The notes: generated by a model from the sequence alone, not told the origin. A DNA stretch of 64,000 bases from an uncultured Bacteriovoracaceae bacterium (GCA_964626465.1 CAZVFP010000004.1:159491-223490); one strand, 5' to 3'. Positions 27,507 through 38,915 are shown, counted from the first letter of the stretch. Translations and numbers: made by a program.

Positions 27507-29012
27507 ATGAGACTTGCAATCATAGATTTGGGTACGAACTCTGTTCGCTTCGATGTGGTCGAATTGAGAAATGACGGCGATGAAGCTGTACGGCTTTATC
27601 GTGAAAAATTGATGATTCGACTTGGCGAGGGTGTTTTTCTCAAGAGACGACTAGATCCCAAGGTCGTCGAGACTTGCGTTTTGGCTTTTCAGAGTTTTCG
27701 TAGAACGATGGATGATTTTCGAGTCAATCGTGTGGTTGCTTTTGGAACTGCAGCCCTGCGTGTTGCTCGTGATGGCGATCGTTTCATCAAATTGCTGAAA
27801 TCGCGGAGTGGCATATCGCTGAAAGTGATTTCTGGCGATGAAGAAGCGAGGTTAATTGCGCGGGGAATTTTGAAGAATGAAGCAAATTTACGAGGTCGAT
27901 TTGCATTGATTGATATTGGCGGGGGCAGCACAGAAATTTCGATCTGCCAAGGCCGAGAAGTTCTCCATTCGGCGAGTTTTCCTTTAGGCACAGCTAGTTT
28001 GCAGCAAGTTTTTTTGAAGACCATTCCTCCGGATCTTGAGAGCGGATCAATAGAGAATTTGCGTCGGCATATTCGATCGATGTTGGTTTATAAGTTTGTT
28101 TCAGAGGAATGGCCGAGCGTTAAGCGAGTTCTCGGTTCAAGTGGCACTGTTCGTGCTGTCGCGAGACTCAATCGAAGGCACTTTGGAGCAGACATTGTAC
28201 GAAAGCGAGAGTTGGGTGAGCTTGTCGAAAAAATGAAGAGCCGGTCCCGCGATGAGTTGGCGAGAATTCCGGGGATGGAGTCTCGGCGTTTGGATATGAT
28301 ATTGGCCGGGGCCATCCTGTTGCAAGAGGCGATGCAGGCTCTCAATGCTGAAAAGGTTGAACCTACAGAATACTCTCTGCGTGATGGGATTTTAGATCAG
28401 GAATTAGAGATTCTTCGCGTACACAAAACGAAGATTCAGTATGATCCAATTAAGGAAATTTACAGAGCTGCTTTAAGTCTTGGTTGCCGAAATCTCGAGT
28501 TGCGTCACACGCAGCAGATCTCAGAGGATTTGTTTGATCGTCTTGGCCGATTACACGGGCTTAAAGGAGATTGGAAAAATTATCTCATTGCCGCGGCTAT
28601 TTTGCAGGGGGTGGGCCGGGCCATTAGCCCTGTTCGCGAGGCAGGGCATTCTGCATATATTGCAAAACATGTAGATGTTTCAGGTTTAGAGGAATGGGAA
28701 TCTCAATTTATTGCTGAGCTTTGTGTGCATCACTACGAGTCTAGAGTGATTAAGAAGGAACTTCCCTTTAAGAAAGATAAAAAAAGACAGCGTGCTTTCT
28801 TGAAACTGCTTGCTTTGATGCGAGTGGCTGTTGCTCTGTCATTTCAGAGATCGAAACCATTGCATATTCTCGGTGTTAAGGTCGATGATCGAGTAGTGCG
28901 TGTGCGGATTTCAAGCCGCGATCACGCAGATCTGCAGATCTTGCGAGCAGATCATAGGAAGGGGCTCTTTGAAGATGTCTTTAATAGAAGTTTACAATTT
29001 GAGCAGGTGTGA
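27507..29012 (+). CDS. ppx: exopolyphosphatase / guanosine pentaphosphate phosphohydrolase (Ppx/GppA) with C-terminal HD domain
   Basis: RLAIIDLGTNSVRFDVVE actin-like ATPase fold start, ...IDIGGGSTE...; divergent from ppk1. Confidence 0.85.
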   Translation: MRLAIIDLGTNSVRFDVVELRNDGDEAVRLYREKLMIRLGEGVFLKRRLDPKVVETCVLAFQSFRRTMDDFRVNRVVAFGTAALRVARDGDRFIKLLKSRSGISLKVISGDEEARLIARGILKNEANLRGRFALIDIGGGSTEISICQGREVLHSASFPLGTASLQQVFLKTIPPDLESGSIENLRRHIRSMLVYKFVSEEWPSVKRVLGSSGTVRAVARLNRRHFGADIVRKRELGELVEKMKSRSRDELARIPGMESRRLDMILAGAILLQEAMQALNAEKVEPTEYSLRDGILDQELEILRVHKTKIQYDPIKEIYRAALSLGCRNLELRHTQQISEDLFDRLGRLHGLKGDWKNYLIAAAILQGVGRAISPVREAGHSAYIAKHVDVSGLEEWESQFIAELCVHHYESRVIKKELPFKKDKKRQRAFLKLLALMRVAVALSFQRSKPLHILGVKVDDRVVRVRISSRDHADLQILRADHRKGLFEDVFNRSLQFEQV

Positions 29013-29563
29013 CGGTGAGCAGATATAATCTCAAGTCGTTTGAGGGTGACGCTGAAAGCCAGGCCCTTCGATTGGCTGTGACTTGCGAATCTCTTGCGAG
29101 AATCATGAAGATTACATTTGAGCTGACAGGAAAAATCGACAGTATTGTTCTTCCACCCCAAGGGCTGACGTCAGAGTTTCGTGATCACTTGTGGCAGAAG
29201 ACTTGCTTTGAACTCTTTCTTTCATCTGTTGGGAGAGATTCGTATTTGGAATGGAATTTTTCGTCTGAAGGGCATTGGGCATGTTACTCATTTGCAAATT
29301 ATCGGAAGCCAGCTGAGCCATTCAAAATATTTTCGGCGCCAAATTTGCTGAGAGCTGAACACAGAGATGGTCGATTTCGGTTTGAGGTTGAACTGATGTT
29401 GCCCCACGGATTGTCGGAAGCGAATCTTGAAATGGGTTTGGCAGCAGTTCTTGAACATAAGTCTAAACGTCTATCGCACTGGGCGGTCGCGCATCCCGTT
29501 GAAAAGCCGGATTTTCATCTTCGAAGTGGATTTCAATCAAGACTTTCAAGCACAACTCGGTGA
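29009..29563 (+). CDS. hypothetical protein
   Basis: 184-aa ORF overlapping the ppx stop by 4 nt; no recognisable motif. Confidence 0.4.
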   Translation: MTVSRYNLKSFEGDAESQALRLAVTCESLARIMKITFELTGKIDSIVLPPQGLTSEFRDHLWQKTCFELFLSSVGRDSYLEWNFSSEGHWACYSFANYRKPAEPFKIFSAPNLLRAEHRDGRFRFEVELMLPHGLSEANLEMGLAAVLEHKSKRLSHWAVAHPVEKPDFHLRSGFQSRLSSTTR

Positions 29564-29597
29564 CACTGAAAGGTATCTCGGGTACTTTGAGCGAAAG

Positions 29598-30395
29598 ATG
29601 CCAGACGATAATAAGCAGCTAGGTCACGAAAATGAAGAGGGCTTTCACGGGCTGCGGGTCAAGCGACTTGTGAATGGGCATGCTGAGAAGGTTTTTCTTT
29701 CTCGCAGAGGGTCTCGATTTCAGGAGGCCATTCGAGTTCTGAAAATTGCAAAAGAATTCATTTATGGTTTTCAGACTCTTCATTTTGTGGGCCCTGCGGT
29801 TACGGTTTTTGGATCGGCTCGATTTCGTGAAGGCCATCCATATTATGCACTGACTCGTTCTGTTGGTTATTTGGTAGCAAAGCTCGGATTTACGGTGATT
29901 ACGGGAGGCGGCCCTGGGCTGATGGAAGCGGCGAATCGGGGAGCGCAAGAAGGCGGAGGGATGTCGATTGGCTGCAATATTCAGCTGCCGCGAGAACAAT
30001 TTCCGAATACCTATCTCGATCGTAGTCTGACATTTCGTTATTTTTTTGTGCGCAAGGTCATGTTGGTGAAATATTCTTATGCATTTTTCATATTGCCTGG
30101 AGGTCTAGGTACAATTGATGAGATGACCGAGGCGATGACGTTAATCCAAACCGGCCGTGTTTATGATTTTCCAGTGATTCTTGTTGGCGTTGATTATTGG
30201 AAAGGCTTTATGGAATGGGTTCAGACGACATTGGTTCGAACTGGAGCTGTTTCATCAGATGAGTTGCAGAATGTTCATCTTGTTGATTCAGCCGATGAGG
30301 CCGCCGCGATTCTTCAACGTTTTACAAATCAAATGGGCTTTCAAGATCGTTTGAAATCGGATCAAAAATTGAAAAGAGACTTTACGAAAACGTAA
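29598..30395 (+). CDS. LOG family protein (TIGR00730; cytokinin riboside 5'-monophosphate phosphoribohydrolase-like / lysine decarboxylase-like)
   Basis: GSARFREGHPYY...VITGGGPGLMEAANRGA...PGGLGTIDEMTE are LOG signature motifs; start moved to the in-frame ATG 29598, which begins just after the upstream stop (ORF track starts at 29427). Confidence 0.8.
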   Translation: MPDDNKQLGHENEEGFHGLRVKRLVNGHAEKVFLSRRGSRFQEAIRVLKIAKEFIYGFQTLHFVGPAVTVFGSARFREGHPYYALTRSVGYLVAKLGFTVITGGGPGLMEAANRGAQEGGGMSIGCNIQLPREQFPNTYLDRSLTFRYFFVRKVMLVKYSYAFFILPGGLGTIDEMTEAMTLIQTGRVYDFPVILVGVDYWKGFMEWVQTTLVRTGAVSSDELQNVHLVDSADEAAAILQRFTNQMGFQDRLKSDQKLKRDFTKT

Positions 30396-30415
30396 GGTCT
30401 CCAAAATTTTGGTTA

Positions 30416-30437
30416 TTTTGATTAAATTTTGATTAAA
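30416..30437. repeat. tandem 11-bp direct repeat (TTTTGATTAAA x2) upstream of actA
   Basis: Two exact adjacent copies at 30416-30426 and 30427-30437 in the AT-rich region upstream of the act-cox cluster. Confidence 0.5.
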
Positions 30438-30461
30438 TATAGAAATATCCAATACCTACAA

Positions 30462-30489
30462 TTGACACAATGGATCGGCCCTCCATAAT
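30462..30489 (+). promoter_or_regulatory. candidate sigma70-type promoter for actA (TTGACA-16 nt-CATAAT)
   Basis: TTGACA at 30462-30467 and CATAAT at 30484-30489 with a 16-nt spacer, ~40 nt upstream of the actA start. Confidence 0.3.
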
Positions 30490-30526
30490 GGCATTCGGGC
30501 GAAAAAAATTTACGCGGGTAAAATAA

Positions 30527-31192
30527 ATGAGTGATCCAACTGAAGTTGGTCATCCCGAGGGTGACCGAAAGTTTTTGATTCTAATTTTGGGAGCCGTTGT
30601 AGCTCTTGTTGCCTTAATTTATGCTGGAGGTCTCCTTCTGGGGTATTCTCCAGCATGGTATCAAGGCTACGGGCCTGTTCAGCCCATTCCATTTAGTCAC
30701 AAATTGCATGCCGGCCAGTACAAGGTCCCGTGTCTTTATTGTCATGGTTCGGCTGAATACGCCGCGCATGCTGAGGTCCCTGGCTTGGAAACTTGTATGA
30801 ATTGTCACTCTGTTGTCAAAACAGAGAGCCCGTGGATTAAACAGTTGAAAGCCTCATTTGATACAAAGAAGCCAATCAAATGGGTGAAAGTTCATGTTTT
30901 GCCAGATTTTGTTAAGTTTAATCATAAAAAACATATCGCAGCTGGTGTTGAATGTAGCTCATGCCACGGCGCTGTTCATGAGATGGATAAGGTTTATCAG
31001 TGGGCGCCGCTCACAATGGGTTGGTGTGTAAACTGCCATCGCAACAATAATTATGTACAGCAACATCGAGTGATGTTGAGCGAAGAATCTCGTCGCCTGA
31101 AGGGCCTCGGAGAGAAATCTTTGGTGGAAAAGATTCTTACGCACAACGATCCTCATAACGCAGATGTAAGTTGTAGCACCTGTCATTATTGA
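30527..31192 (+). CDS. actA: Alternative Complex III subunit ActA (pentaheme cytochrome c)
   Basis: N-terminal TM anchor and five CxxCH motifs (CLYCH, CMNCH, CSSCH, CVNCH, CSTCH); first gene of an act cluster. Confidence 0.8.
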   Translation: MSDPTEVGHPEGDRKFLILILGAVVALVALIYAGGLLLGYSPAWYQGYGPVQPIPFSHKLHAGQYKVPCLYCHGSAEYAAHAEVPGLETCMNCHSVVKTESPWIKQLKASFDTKKPIKWVKVHVLPDFVKFNHKKHIAAGVECSSCHGAVHEMDKVYQWAPLTMGWCVNCHRNNNYVQQHRVMLSEESRRLKGLGEKSLVEKILTHNDPHNADVSCSTCHY

Positions 31193-34100
31193 TTGAAGGA
31201 TATAGAGAAGATGTTGGAAGCCGACCAAATTGAGGCAAAGCGAAAATCTGAGGAAAAGCTGCTTTCTTCGGAGCCCAGAAAGTTTTGGCAGAGCTATCAG
31301 GAGTTGAACGAAGCTGAAGACATTCGGCTTGCAGTGAGAGCGAAAGAGTTCAGCGAAGGGCAAAAAGAATCGCTCCAGTTTGAACTTCCATCAGTGACCA
31401 GACGCCGGTTTCTTCAATGGATGGGCGCAGCAAGTGCATTGATGACTGGAGCGGCTTGTAAGCGACGCGAAACTGATTACTTGGTCCCTTATGTAAACAA
31501 GCCGCAAGGCTATGTGATGGGGATGCCAGTTTGGTATGCTTCTGTGGCGCCGAATGGTTCTGGAATTCTCGTTAAAACTCGCGAAGGAAAACCCATTAAA
31601 TTAGAGGGAAATCCAGAGCACCCATTGAATCGTGGTGGCTTAGACGTTCAGACTCAATCATTGCTCTTGGATTTTTTTAACCCCGAGAGAATTCGAGCCC
31701 CGCAAATTAAAGGAAAGCCAGCGTCCTGGGCAGAGGCAGACCAATACGTCAAAAATATCGTGCAAGGTTCACCTGCTGGCTCTGTTCGATTGCTGACCGG
31801 ACCCGTGCTGAGCCCCACCCTTAAGGGAGTAATAGAAAAATTCTTAGCCTCGACAAAGGCGAAACACCATTTTTTCCGGCCAGTATCTGACGCCCCCGTT
31901 TTGGAAGCGCTCGATTACGCGACAGGTAAGTCTGCGATCCCGTCATATCGATTTGATAAAGCTGAAGTGGTTGTTTCATTCGACTCCGATTTTCTAGGTG
32001 CCCATGATTTTGCTGGTTCTTATACCAAGGGGTTTTCATCTAGGAGAAAGGCCCACCGTGGTGGGCGAGAGCACAATCAGCTTTTCGTATTTGAATCACA
32101 ATATTCGATCACTGGTGTCGCAGCTGATTATCGTGTCCCCGTTTCACCATCGCATTTTGCTGCTTTGATTTTTTGTCTGACTTACGAGGTTGCAAAAAAA
32201 TTGGGAGCGTCTGATGCAGAGGCTGTTTTTGGGCGATATGCCGCGGCTGATGTTTTAAAAGAAGTGGGCGTCAACGAGGGGATCTTTGCAAATCTCGTAA
32301 AGGCACTTGTCGATGCAAAAGGTCGTTCGATCGTTATTGCGGATGGCAGATGCCCCCTTTCTTTCGAGGTGCAGTTGGCCACTCTTGTGCTTAACTCGAT
32401 GCTTAAGAATATTGGATCAACGATTGATCTCAGCGGTGAGCGGGTTTCTGGCTTCGATGCAGCAGAGTCCTATTCGGATCTTTTGAAAGATGCCGAAGGC
32501 GGTAAGGTCGAGACGTTGATTATCGCCGGCGCAAATCCTGGCTACCAGCAATTATCTGGCGAATTCGATAAGGCGCTCAGCAAGATTAAAAACCTTGTGT
32601 TTATTGGCTCTGAACTTGATGAGACTGCGGGCAAGGCCCAGGTTGTATTGGCTGAAAGCATGTTTCTTGAGTGCTGGTCAGATTCGTCTGTGCGACGGGG
32701 TGTTTTTTCAATCCAGCAACCTGTGATTCAGCCGTTGTTTACGACTCGAAGCTTGGGAGAAATTCTTTCCGCCTGGCTTGGAGATGAGCGAGATTATTCT
32801 GAGATCGTGAAAGATTTCTGGAGAAAATCGATTTTTTCCGGAAACGGAAGTTTCGAGGATTGGTGGCAGGGTCAGCTTAAATCAGGAGTTGTCACTGTTG
32901 ATCGTTTAAGCGGAGGTTCACAGCCGACCGTCCAGCTTTCGAAGGTTCTCAATTTATTAAAAGCGGAAACGCTCAACCGCAAAATCCCATCGAATAAGAG
33001 TCTATCGAATAATAGTAAGGTCGAGATTGTTCTCTATCCATCGTTGAATCTTCGAGATGGCGCACGAGCTTCAAACGCTTGGCTGCAAGAGATGCCCGAT
33101 CCAATTTCGAAGGTGACTTGGAGCAATTATATTGCGGTGTCACCGAGTTTGGCGAAGAGCTTGGGGTTGAGAGAAGATCTCCAGCTTGGGCATCACTCGA
33201 ACGATGTTGTAGAACTGACCGTGGACGGCAAGACACTGAGTTTGCCTGCCCATATTCAGCCTGGGCTGAAAGACAATGTTGTTACGGTTGCTTTGGGATA
33301 TGGACGCTCTGCTGCTGGATCGGTTGGGACAATGATTGGAAAAAATCCATTAGTCTTAGCATCGGCCTCTGGAGCCAGAGTTTTCGCGGGCATCTTAGGA
33401 ACGATTAAAAAGACATCCGAAACCAAAGCTTTGGCGACGACACAGCGCCACTTCGAACTCGAGGGTCGGGATAAGGATATATTACAAACCGCGACACTTT
33501 CAGATTTTCTAAAGAAAAAAGAACATGGCGAAGATCATGAGGCTCACGGTGAGTCGAAACATGAAACGATCTATAATCCAAAAGAGTTTGTATACCCCGG
33601 CAATAAATGGGGAATGGTAATCGACCTCAATTCCTGTACTGGTTGCAATGCCTGTGTGGTGGCTTGTTATTCTGAGAATAATATTGGAATTGTTGGTGAG
33701 GACCAGGTGTTCAAAGGTCGGCATATGGCGTGGTTGCGATTGGATCTCTACTATTCCGGATCGCCGGAAGCGCCAGAAGCAAATTTTGAACCAATGCTCT
33801 GTCAACAATGTGAAAGTGCTCCGTGTGAAACAGTCTGCCCAGTTTTAGCAACGGTTCATAGTAGCGATGGTTTGAACGACATGATCTATAACCGATGCGT
33901 TGGAACTCGCTATTGTGCAAATAACTGCCCATACAAGGTCAGACGGTTTAATTATTTTCAATACACTGATTCGCTTGGCAAGAAGATCGACTTTCAAGAT
34001 CCACTTCCGTTGATGTTGAACCCAGACGTGACGGTAAGATCTCGTGGAGTCATGGAAAAGTGTACATTCTGTGTTCAACGAATACGCAAAGTGGCGGATG

Positions 34101-34321
34101 AAGCTCGAGATGAAAAGCGTCGAGTTCAAGACGGCGCGATTAAGACGGCCTGCCAGCAGAGTTGTCCTGCTGACGCTATTGTCTTTGGCGATTTGAATGA
34201 CACAAACTCCGAGGTTTCGAAATTATCGAAGGGCAGTGGGAACTTCAAAATTTTAGAGATTTTGAATACGAAGCCGTCAATTACCTATTTGCCAAGACTG
34301 AGAAATAAGGGGGATTCATGA
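31193..34321 (+). CDS. actB: Alternative Complex III subunit ActB (fused molybdopterin-oxidoreductase-like + 4Fe-4S ferredoxin domains)
   Basis: 1042 aa; twin-arginine motif ([21 protein letters not shown]); MopB-like domain then C-terminal multi-cysteine clusters (CTGCNAC..., [26 protein letters not shown]...); TTG start. Confidence 0.85.
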   Translation: MKDIEKMLEADQIEAKRKSEEKLLSSEPRKFWQSYQELNEAEDIRLAVRAKEFSEGQKESLQFELPSVTRRRFLQWMGAASALMTGAACKRRETDYLVPYVNKPQGYVMGMPVWYASVAPNGSGILVKTREGKPIKLEGNPEHPLNRGGLDVQTQSLLLDFFNPERIRAPQIKGKPASWAEADQYVKNIVQGSPAGSVRLLTGPVLSPTLKGVIEKFLASTKAKHHFFRPVSDAPVLEALDYATGKSAIPSYRFDKAEVVVSFDSDFLGAHDFAGSYTKGFSSRRKAHRGGREHNQLFVFESQYSITGVAADYRVPVSPSHFAALIFCLTYEVAKKLGASDAEAVFGRYAAADVLKEVGVNEGIFANLVKALVDAKGRSIVIADGRCPLSFEVQLATLVLNSMLKNIGSTIDLSGERVSGFDAAESYSDLLKDAEGGKVETLIIAGANPGYQQLSGEFDKALSKIKNLVFIGSELDETAGKAQVVLAESMFLECWSDSSVRRGVFSIQQPVIQPLFTTRSLGEILSAWLGDERDYSEIVKDFWRKSIFSGNGSFEDWWQGQLKSGVVTVDRLSGGSQPTVQLSKVLNLLKAETLNRKIPSNKSLSNNSKVEIVLYPSLNLRDGARASNAWLQEMPDPISKVTWSNYIAVSPSLAKSLGLREDLQLGHHSNDVVELTVDGKTLSLPAHIQPGLKDNVVTVALGYGRSAAGSVGTMIGKNPLVLASASGARVFAGILGTIKKTSETKALATTQRHFELEGRDKDILQTATLSDFLKKKEHGEDHEAHGESKHETIYNPKEFVYPGNKWGMVIDLNSCTGCNACVVACYSENNIGIVGEDQVFKGRHMAWLRLDLYYSGSPEAPEANFEPMLCQQCESAPCETVCPVLATVHSSDGLNDMIYNRCVGTRYCANNCPYKVRRFNYFQYTDSLGKKIDFQDPLPLMLNPDVTVRSRGVMEKCTFCVQRIRKVADEARDEKRRVQDGAIKTACQQSCPADAIVFGDLNDTNSEVSKLSKGSGNFKILEILNTKPSITYLPRLRNKGDS

Positions 34322-35682
34322 GCGCTGTATTAAATGAAGAAGCCCTTGTTCAAGGTGGCAAAACCTACGCGGATGTTACTAATGAAGTCTGTAAACCATT
34401 AGAATCGTTTCCGACGCGAATATGGTGGGTCGCATTTTTGTCGGCCCTGACGATGATGACGGTTGGATTCTCGCTCATCGGTTATATGCTCTACAAGGGC
34501 GTTGGGATGTCCGGCATTCGATCGTCAGTCAATTGGGGGATGATGATTATCACCTTCGTTTTCTGGATTGGTATCGGCCATGCCGGAACCTTGATCTCGG
34601 CTATCTTGTTTTTGTTTCGCCAAAAATGGCGAACTGCCATCAATAGATCTGCAGAAGCGATGACGATTTTTGCAGTCATGTGCGCTGGGATATTTCCACT
34701 GATTCATACAGGGCGACCTTGGTATAGTTTTTACTGGCTTTTCCCATACCCGAATACGATGGGGCCTCTGTGGGTGAATTTTCGTTCTCCGTTGCTTTGG
34801 GACGTGTTCGCCGTATCGACATATTTAACCATTTCGGCCGTTTTTTGGTATACGGGACTCGTTCCTGATTTAGCGACTGTTCGAGATCGGGCGAAGAATT
34901 TTTGGAGAAAAAAGATCTATGGAATTCTTTCTCTGGGGTGGAGAGGATCGAGCAGGGGTTGGCATCATTATGAAATTGCGTATTGGATCCTCGCTGGACT
35001 TTCGACTCCATTAGTACTTTCTGTCCATACGATCGTTTCTTTTGATTTTGCGGTATCGATTATTCCAGGATGGCATACGACGATTTTCCCACCGTATTTC
35101 GTTGCGGGTGCAATTTTTTCTGGTTTCGCGATGGTGGTGACTCTATTGGTCATTGCTCGAGAAGTTTTTAATCTCAAACAGTACATAACGATGGCTCACT
35201 TAGACGCCATGAATAAGATCATTCTGGCAACGGGGATGTTAGTGGGGTTGGCATACGCAACGGAATTTTTTATTGCCTGGTACAGTGGTGTGCCTTACGA
35301 AAGAGCGATCTTTTTGAAGAGAGCACTGGGTCCATATGCATGGGCCTACTGGATCATGGTTGGATGTAATGTTATTTCTCCACAGTTTTTCTGGTTTAAA
35401 AAGTGTCGAAGAAATATTCCGCTGATGTTTGTTCTTTCGATTTTTGTGAACATCGGAATGTGGTTTGAGAGATTTGTGATCGTCGTGACTTCGCTGGCAA
35501 CCGATTATTTGCCGTCTTCGTGGAAATACTTTCAGTTATCTCCCTGGGATTATGGCGTATTGCTTGGAAGCTTTGGTATGTTTTTCACATTATTCCTGCT
35601 GTTCTGTAGAGTTCTTCCGACGATTTCAATTGCAGAGGTAAAGGCTGTATTGCCATCGCCCAAAGGAGGCGCCCATGGCTAA
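34318..35682 (+). CDS. actC: Alternative Complex III subunit ActC (NrfD/PsrC-like polytopic membrane subunit)
   Basis: 454-aa multi-TM protein with NrfD-like topology directly after actB (4-nt overlap). Confidence 0.8.
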   Translation: MSAVLNEEALVQGGKTYADVTNEVCKPLESFPTRIWWVAFLSALTMMTVGFSLIGYMLYKGVGMSGIRSSVNWGMMIITFVFWIGIGHAGTLISAILFLFRQKWRTAINRSAEAMTIFAVMCAGIFPLIHTGRPWYSFYWLFPYPNTMGPLWVNFRSPLLWDVFAVSTYLTISAVFWYTGLVPDLATVRDRAKNFWRKKIYGILSLGWRGSSRGWHHYEIAYWILAGLSTPLVLSVHTIVSFDFAVSIIPGWHTTIFPPYFVAGAIFSGFAMVVTLLVIAREVFNLKQYITMAHLDAMNKIILATGMLVGLAYATEFFIAWYSGVPYERAIFLKRALGPYAWAYWIMVGCNVISPQFFWFKKCRRNIPLMFVLSIFVNIGMWFERFVIVVTSLATDYLPSSWKYFQLSPWDYGVLLGSFGMFFTLFLLFCRVLPTISIAEVKAVLPSPKGGAHG

Positions 35683-36196
35683 GCATTGTGTGGTGGGATA
35701 TTATTTTTCACCCGAAGATATTATTGAGGCGACGAGAAAGGTGAGAGAACGAGGCTTCGCCAAATTTGACGCATTCACACCTTTTCCAGTGCATGGAATA
35801 GATGAAGCGCTTGGAATCAAACGAAGTTTTCTTCCCTACATTAGCTTTGTCGCGGCCGTTGGCGGTTTAATGACGGCAGCGGGCCTCGAGATCTGGACCC
35901 ATCTTTATTCGTGGCCTATCAATGTGGGTGGGAAGCCGCTTATGGCTTTGCCCGCGTATATTCCAATTATGTTTGAACTCACCGTTCTTTTCTGTGGTCT
36001 TGCAACTGCAGCATCGATGTTTCTGTTGTTCTTGAGGCTTCCTAATTTTCGGAAGCCCATTTTCCATCCTGACATTACAAATGATCGATTCGCTATTGCG
36101 GTTGAGGTAGAGAACGCTGACGAGGCGGAATCAGTGAAGAAGTTTCTGAAAGAAATTCATTCGCAAGATATTCATTCGGTGGAGAGTGCTCTGTGA
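35675..36196 (+). CDS. actD: Alternative Complex III subunit ActD (DUF3341)
   Basis: 173-aa protein, position and size as ActD; two C-terminal TM helices. Confidence 0.65.
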   Translation: MAKHCVVGYYFSPEDIIEATRKVRERGFAKFDAFTPFPVHGIDEALGIKRSFLPYISFVAAVGGLMTAAGLEIWTHLYSWPINVGGKPLMALPAYIPIMFELTVLFCGLATAASMFLLFLRLPNFRKPIFHPDITNDRFAIAVEVENADEAESVKKFLKEIHSQDIHSVESAL

Positions 36197-36816
36197 AAAA
36201 AATAGGCGCGGCATTCTCAGTTCTTGTTTTGGGTGGATTGGTTTTTTGGCTTGTCAATAACAGCGGGTATTTTCCGTATACACATAATCCTTTGCAGTAC
36301 ATGCCGAATATGCATCATACAAAGGCGCTTATTCCACAGCGTGGATACGATTTTTATGCGGACGGCGCTTCTGTTCGAGTTCCTCCTGCGGGTGCAGTGG
36401 CGGTGAATCAAAACCCCTATCCGTATACGAAGGCGACTTTTGCAGCTGATGTGAGAAAATTTTCAAATCCCGTGGCGGCTGATTTAGCGACAGTCAAGCG
36501 AGGTCAAAAAGTTTTTATGACCTACTGCGTTGTTTGCCATGGACCGAAGGGTTACGGTGACGGATACGTGGTTCCTCCTTTTTCGCAACCGCCGTCATTG
36601 CAATCAGAGAAAATCCGGGGCTATGCCGACAGCCAGATTTTTCACGTGATTACGGTAGGCCAGAATGTAATGGGAGCCTATGGCCCGCAAATTCGTGAGC
36701 AAGACCGCTGGGCCGTGATTCACTACCTAAGAGTTTTACAAAGAGCCGAGAATCCGAACGATGAAGATATCAAGGCCTTCGAGAATGTTTTCCCGCCCGA
36801 GCAGGAAACAAAGTGA
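36193..36816 (+). CDS. actE: Alternative Complex III subunit ActE (monoheme cytochrome c)
   Basis: N-terminal anchor and a single CVVCHGPKGYGDG heme-binding site, in the position of ActE. Confidence 0.7.
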   Translation: MKKIGAAFSVLVLGGLVFWLVNNSGYFPYTHNPLQYMPNMHHTKALIPQRGYDFYADGASVRVPPAGAVAVNQNPYPYTKATFAADVRKFSNPVAADLATVKRGQKVFMTYCVVCHGPKGYGDGYVVPPFSQPPSLQSEKIRGYADSQIFHVITVGQNVMGAYGPQIREQDRWAVIHYLRVLQRAENPNDEDIKAFENVFPPEQETK

Positions 36817-36823
36817 GGATTGC

Positions 36824-38038
36824 ATGAGTGCTGATATGACTAGTCTTAAGCCTTTCAAAACTCCTTTTGGATTAAAAGTAGTTCTATTTGGTTTGGTCGC
36901 ATTAGGTTTGGTGGCGTTACGAATTCTTTATGTTGAAGATTCAAATCGTGCTTGGTTTCAGATCTTGATTGGGTCCGTTTTGTTTCTCAGCTTTGGCTTA
37001 TGCGGATTGTTTTTTACGGCGATTCAATTTTTGACGTCTGCAAAATGGAGCGTTGTGATTCGTCGTGTTCTTGAGGCAATGGCGCTGACTTTGCCTGTAG
37101 CTGCTCTTTTATTTATTCCCATTTATTTTTTTGGTCTCCATCACCTTTATGAATGGAGCCATAGTGAAGTCGTCAGCGCACACCCCGTTTTGCAGTGGAA
37201 GTCTGGCTATTTGAATGAATGTTTTTTCGGTATTCGATTGGCGATTTATTTTTTCATCTGGATTGCGACATCAACTTGGTTGATTCGAAATTCTCTTAAA
37301 CAAGATATTTCAGGCGATCCGCAAATCTCTACGAAGAACTTCCGAGTTGCGGCTCTGACACTCGTTCTATTTGCATTGAGTGTATCGTTTGCTGCATTCG
37401 ATATTTTGATGTCGTTGGAGCCCCACTGGTTCTCCACGATTTTTGGTGTCTATTTTTTTGCCGGCCTTTTTCAGGCTGGTTTAGCGATCATTTATATTGT
37501 GACTTGGTTCGCTCATCGAACGGGGACTCTTTCGGCGTTTGTGACTCGAGATCATTTTCATGACATTGGACGATTTCTTTTCGGATTTTCTGTGTTCTGG
37601 GCATATATAGGTTTTTCTCAGTTCATGTTAATTTGGTATGGAGATCTTCCTGAAGAAACTTTCGTTTATCGTGATCGTTTAAGCTTGGGATGGGAATGGA
37701 TTGGCCTGGCACTTCTCGCAATTAGATTCGTGATTCCATTTCTTGTCTTGATGCCATACGGGGCGAAACGCTGTTATCCGGTCGCACTTGCGATCTCTGG
37801 GCTTGTGCTCTTTGGGCATTGGCTTGATCTCTACTGGTTTTCGATGCCTGCGCTGCGCCATTTCTCTGACGTCGAGGGGATGTTTCCTGCAGCTATTCGG
37901 TGGCAAGAAGTTTCAATTGGTGTGGGATATTTAGCGTTGTTTTGTTTGGTCATTGGGTTTGTGATGGAGCGAATCAGAATGGTTCCGATCAAAGATCCGA
38001 GACTCGAAGTTTCGATGCATTATTATCACCATGGATGA
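36824..38038 (+). CDS. actF: Alternative Complex III subunit ActF (NrfD-like membrane subunit)
   Basis: Polytopic membrane protein similar in organisation to ActC; start placed at ATG 36824 with SD GTGAGGA just upstream (ORF track starts 36761 inside actE). Confidence 0.7.
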   Translation: MSADMTSLKPFKTPFGLKVVLFGLVALGLVALRILYVEDSNRAWFQILIGSVLFLSFGLCGLFFTAIQFLTSAKWSVVIRRVLEAMALTLPVAALLFIPIYFFGLHHLYEWSHSEVVSAHPVLQWKSGYLNECFFGIRLAIYFFIWIATSTWLIRNSLKQDISGDPQISTKNFRVAALTLVLFALSVSFAAFDILMSLEPHWFSTIFGVYFFAGLFQAGLAIIYIVTWFAHRTGTLSAFVTRDHFHDIGRFLFGFSVFWAYIGFSQFMLIWYGDLPEETFVYRDRLSLGWEWIGLALLAIRFVIPFLVLMPYGAKRCYPVALAISGLVLFGHWLDLYWFSMPALRHFSDVEGMFPAAIRWQEVSIGVGYLALFCLVIGFVMERIRMVPIKDPRLEVSMHYYHHG

Positions 38039-38072
38039 CTTTAAGGGTAAGACGAAATAGGTTGAAAACGAA

Positions 38073-38915
38073 TTGATGAAATCAGAGGCCTTAAAAATCG
38101 CAGTTCTTTTGTGTTTTGTTTTTGGCGGCTCAATCGTCAGCGCAGATTCCATTGAAAAGGAGGATCTGCCGAAAGAACTGAATGCTGCCCAGATCACAGA
38201 AAAGCTTGGATCGAGTCTTACGATTGGTAGTCTGACTTTTCGAAATGAAGCAGGCGATCGTGTTGTATTGGCGGACTATTTTTCACGTGGCGTGCCGGTG
38301 GTCATGGTGATGGCCTATTACAATTGCCCCGCACTTTGCGGTGTCTTATTGAATGGAGTGACGAATTCATTGCGTGCGCTTGATTGGAGTCCTGGGAAGG
38401 AATTTGAAATCGTTGTGGTCAGCATTGACCCCAAGGAAGGCTCTCAGTTGGCTCGCATGAAAAAAGAAAATCTGATCAAAAGCTATGGTCGAATTGAAGC
38501 GGCCGCTGGAGCTCATTTTTTGACGGGTGAAGAATCACAGATCAAGAGCTTGGCGGATCAACTGGGATTTGGTTTTTACTACGACGAGAGAATCTCAGAA
38601 TATGCACATAGCGCTGGAATTTTTGTTTTGACACCATCGGGACAAATTTCGCGCGTTCTTTATGGCGTTGACTTTCCGGCGAAGGATTTGAAGCTCGCTC
38701 TTTTGGAAGCGTCGGAAGGTAAAGTCGGCACCGCATTCGAGAAATTTATGATGTTTTGTTATCGCTACGATCCAAAACGCGGTGGTTATTCGTTGCATGC
38801 AATGAAACTCGTGCAATTTGGTGGCCTCGTCACGATAGTTGTATTGTGCGGCTATTTGTTTTTGTTCTGGCGCCGCGAGCGTAAAAAAAATTCTGACAGG
38901 AGGATGGCAGCATGA
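38073..38915 (+). CDS. SCO1/SenC family copper chaperone (thioredoxin fold)
   Basis: Signal/anchor, CPALC metal-binding motif (YYNCPALCGVLLNG), conserved His later; placed between the ACIII and cox genes. Confidence 0.75.
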   Translation: MMKSEALKIAVLLCFVFGGSIVSADSIEKEDLPKELNAAQITEKLGSSLTIGSLTFRNEAGDRVVLADYFSRGVPVVMVMAYYNCPALCGVLLNGVTNSLRALDWSPGKEFEIVVVSIDPKEGSQLARMKKENLIKSYGRIEAAAGAHFLTGEESQIKSLADQLGFGFYYDERISEYAHSAGIFVLTPSGQISRVLYGVDFPAKDLKLALLEASEGKVGTAFEKFMMFCYRYDPKRGGYSLHAMKLVQFGGLVTIVVLCGYLFLFWRRERKKNSDRRMAA

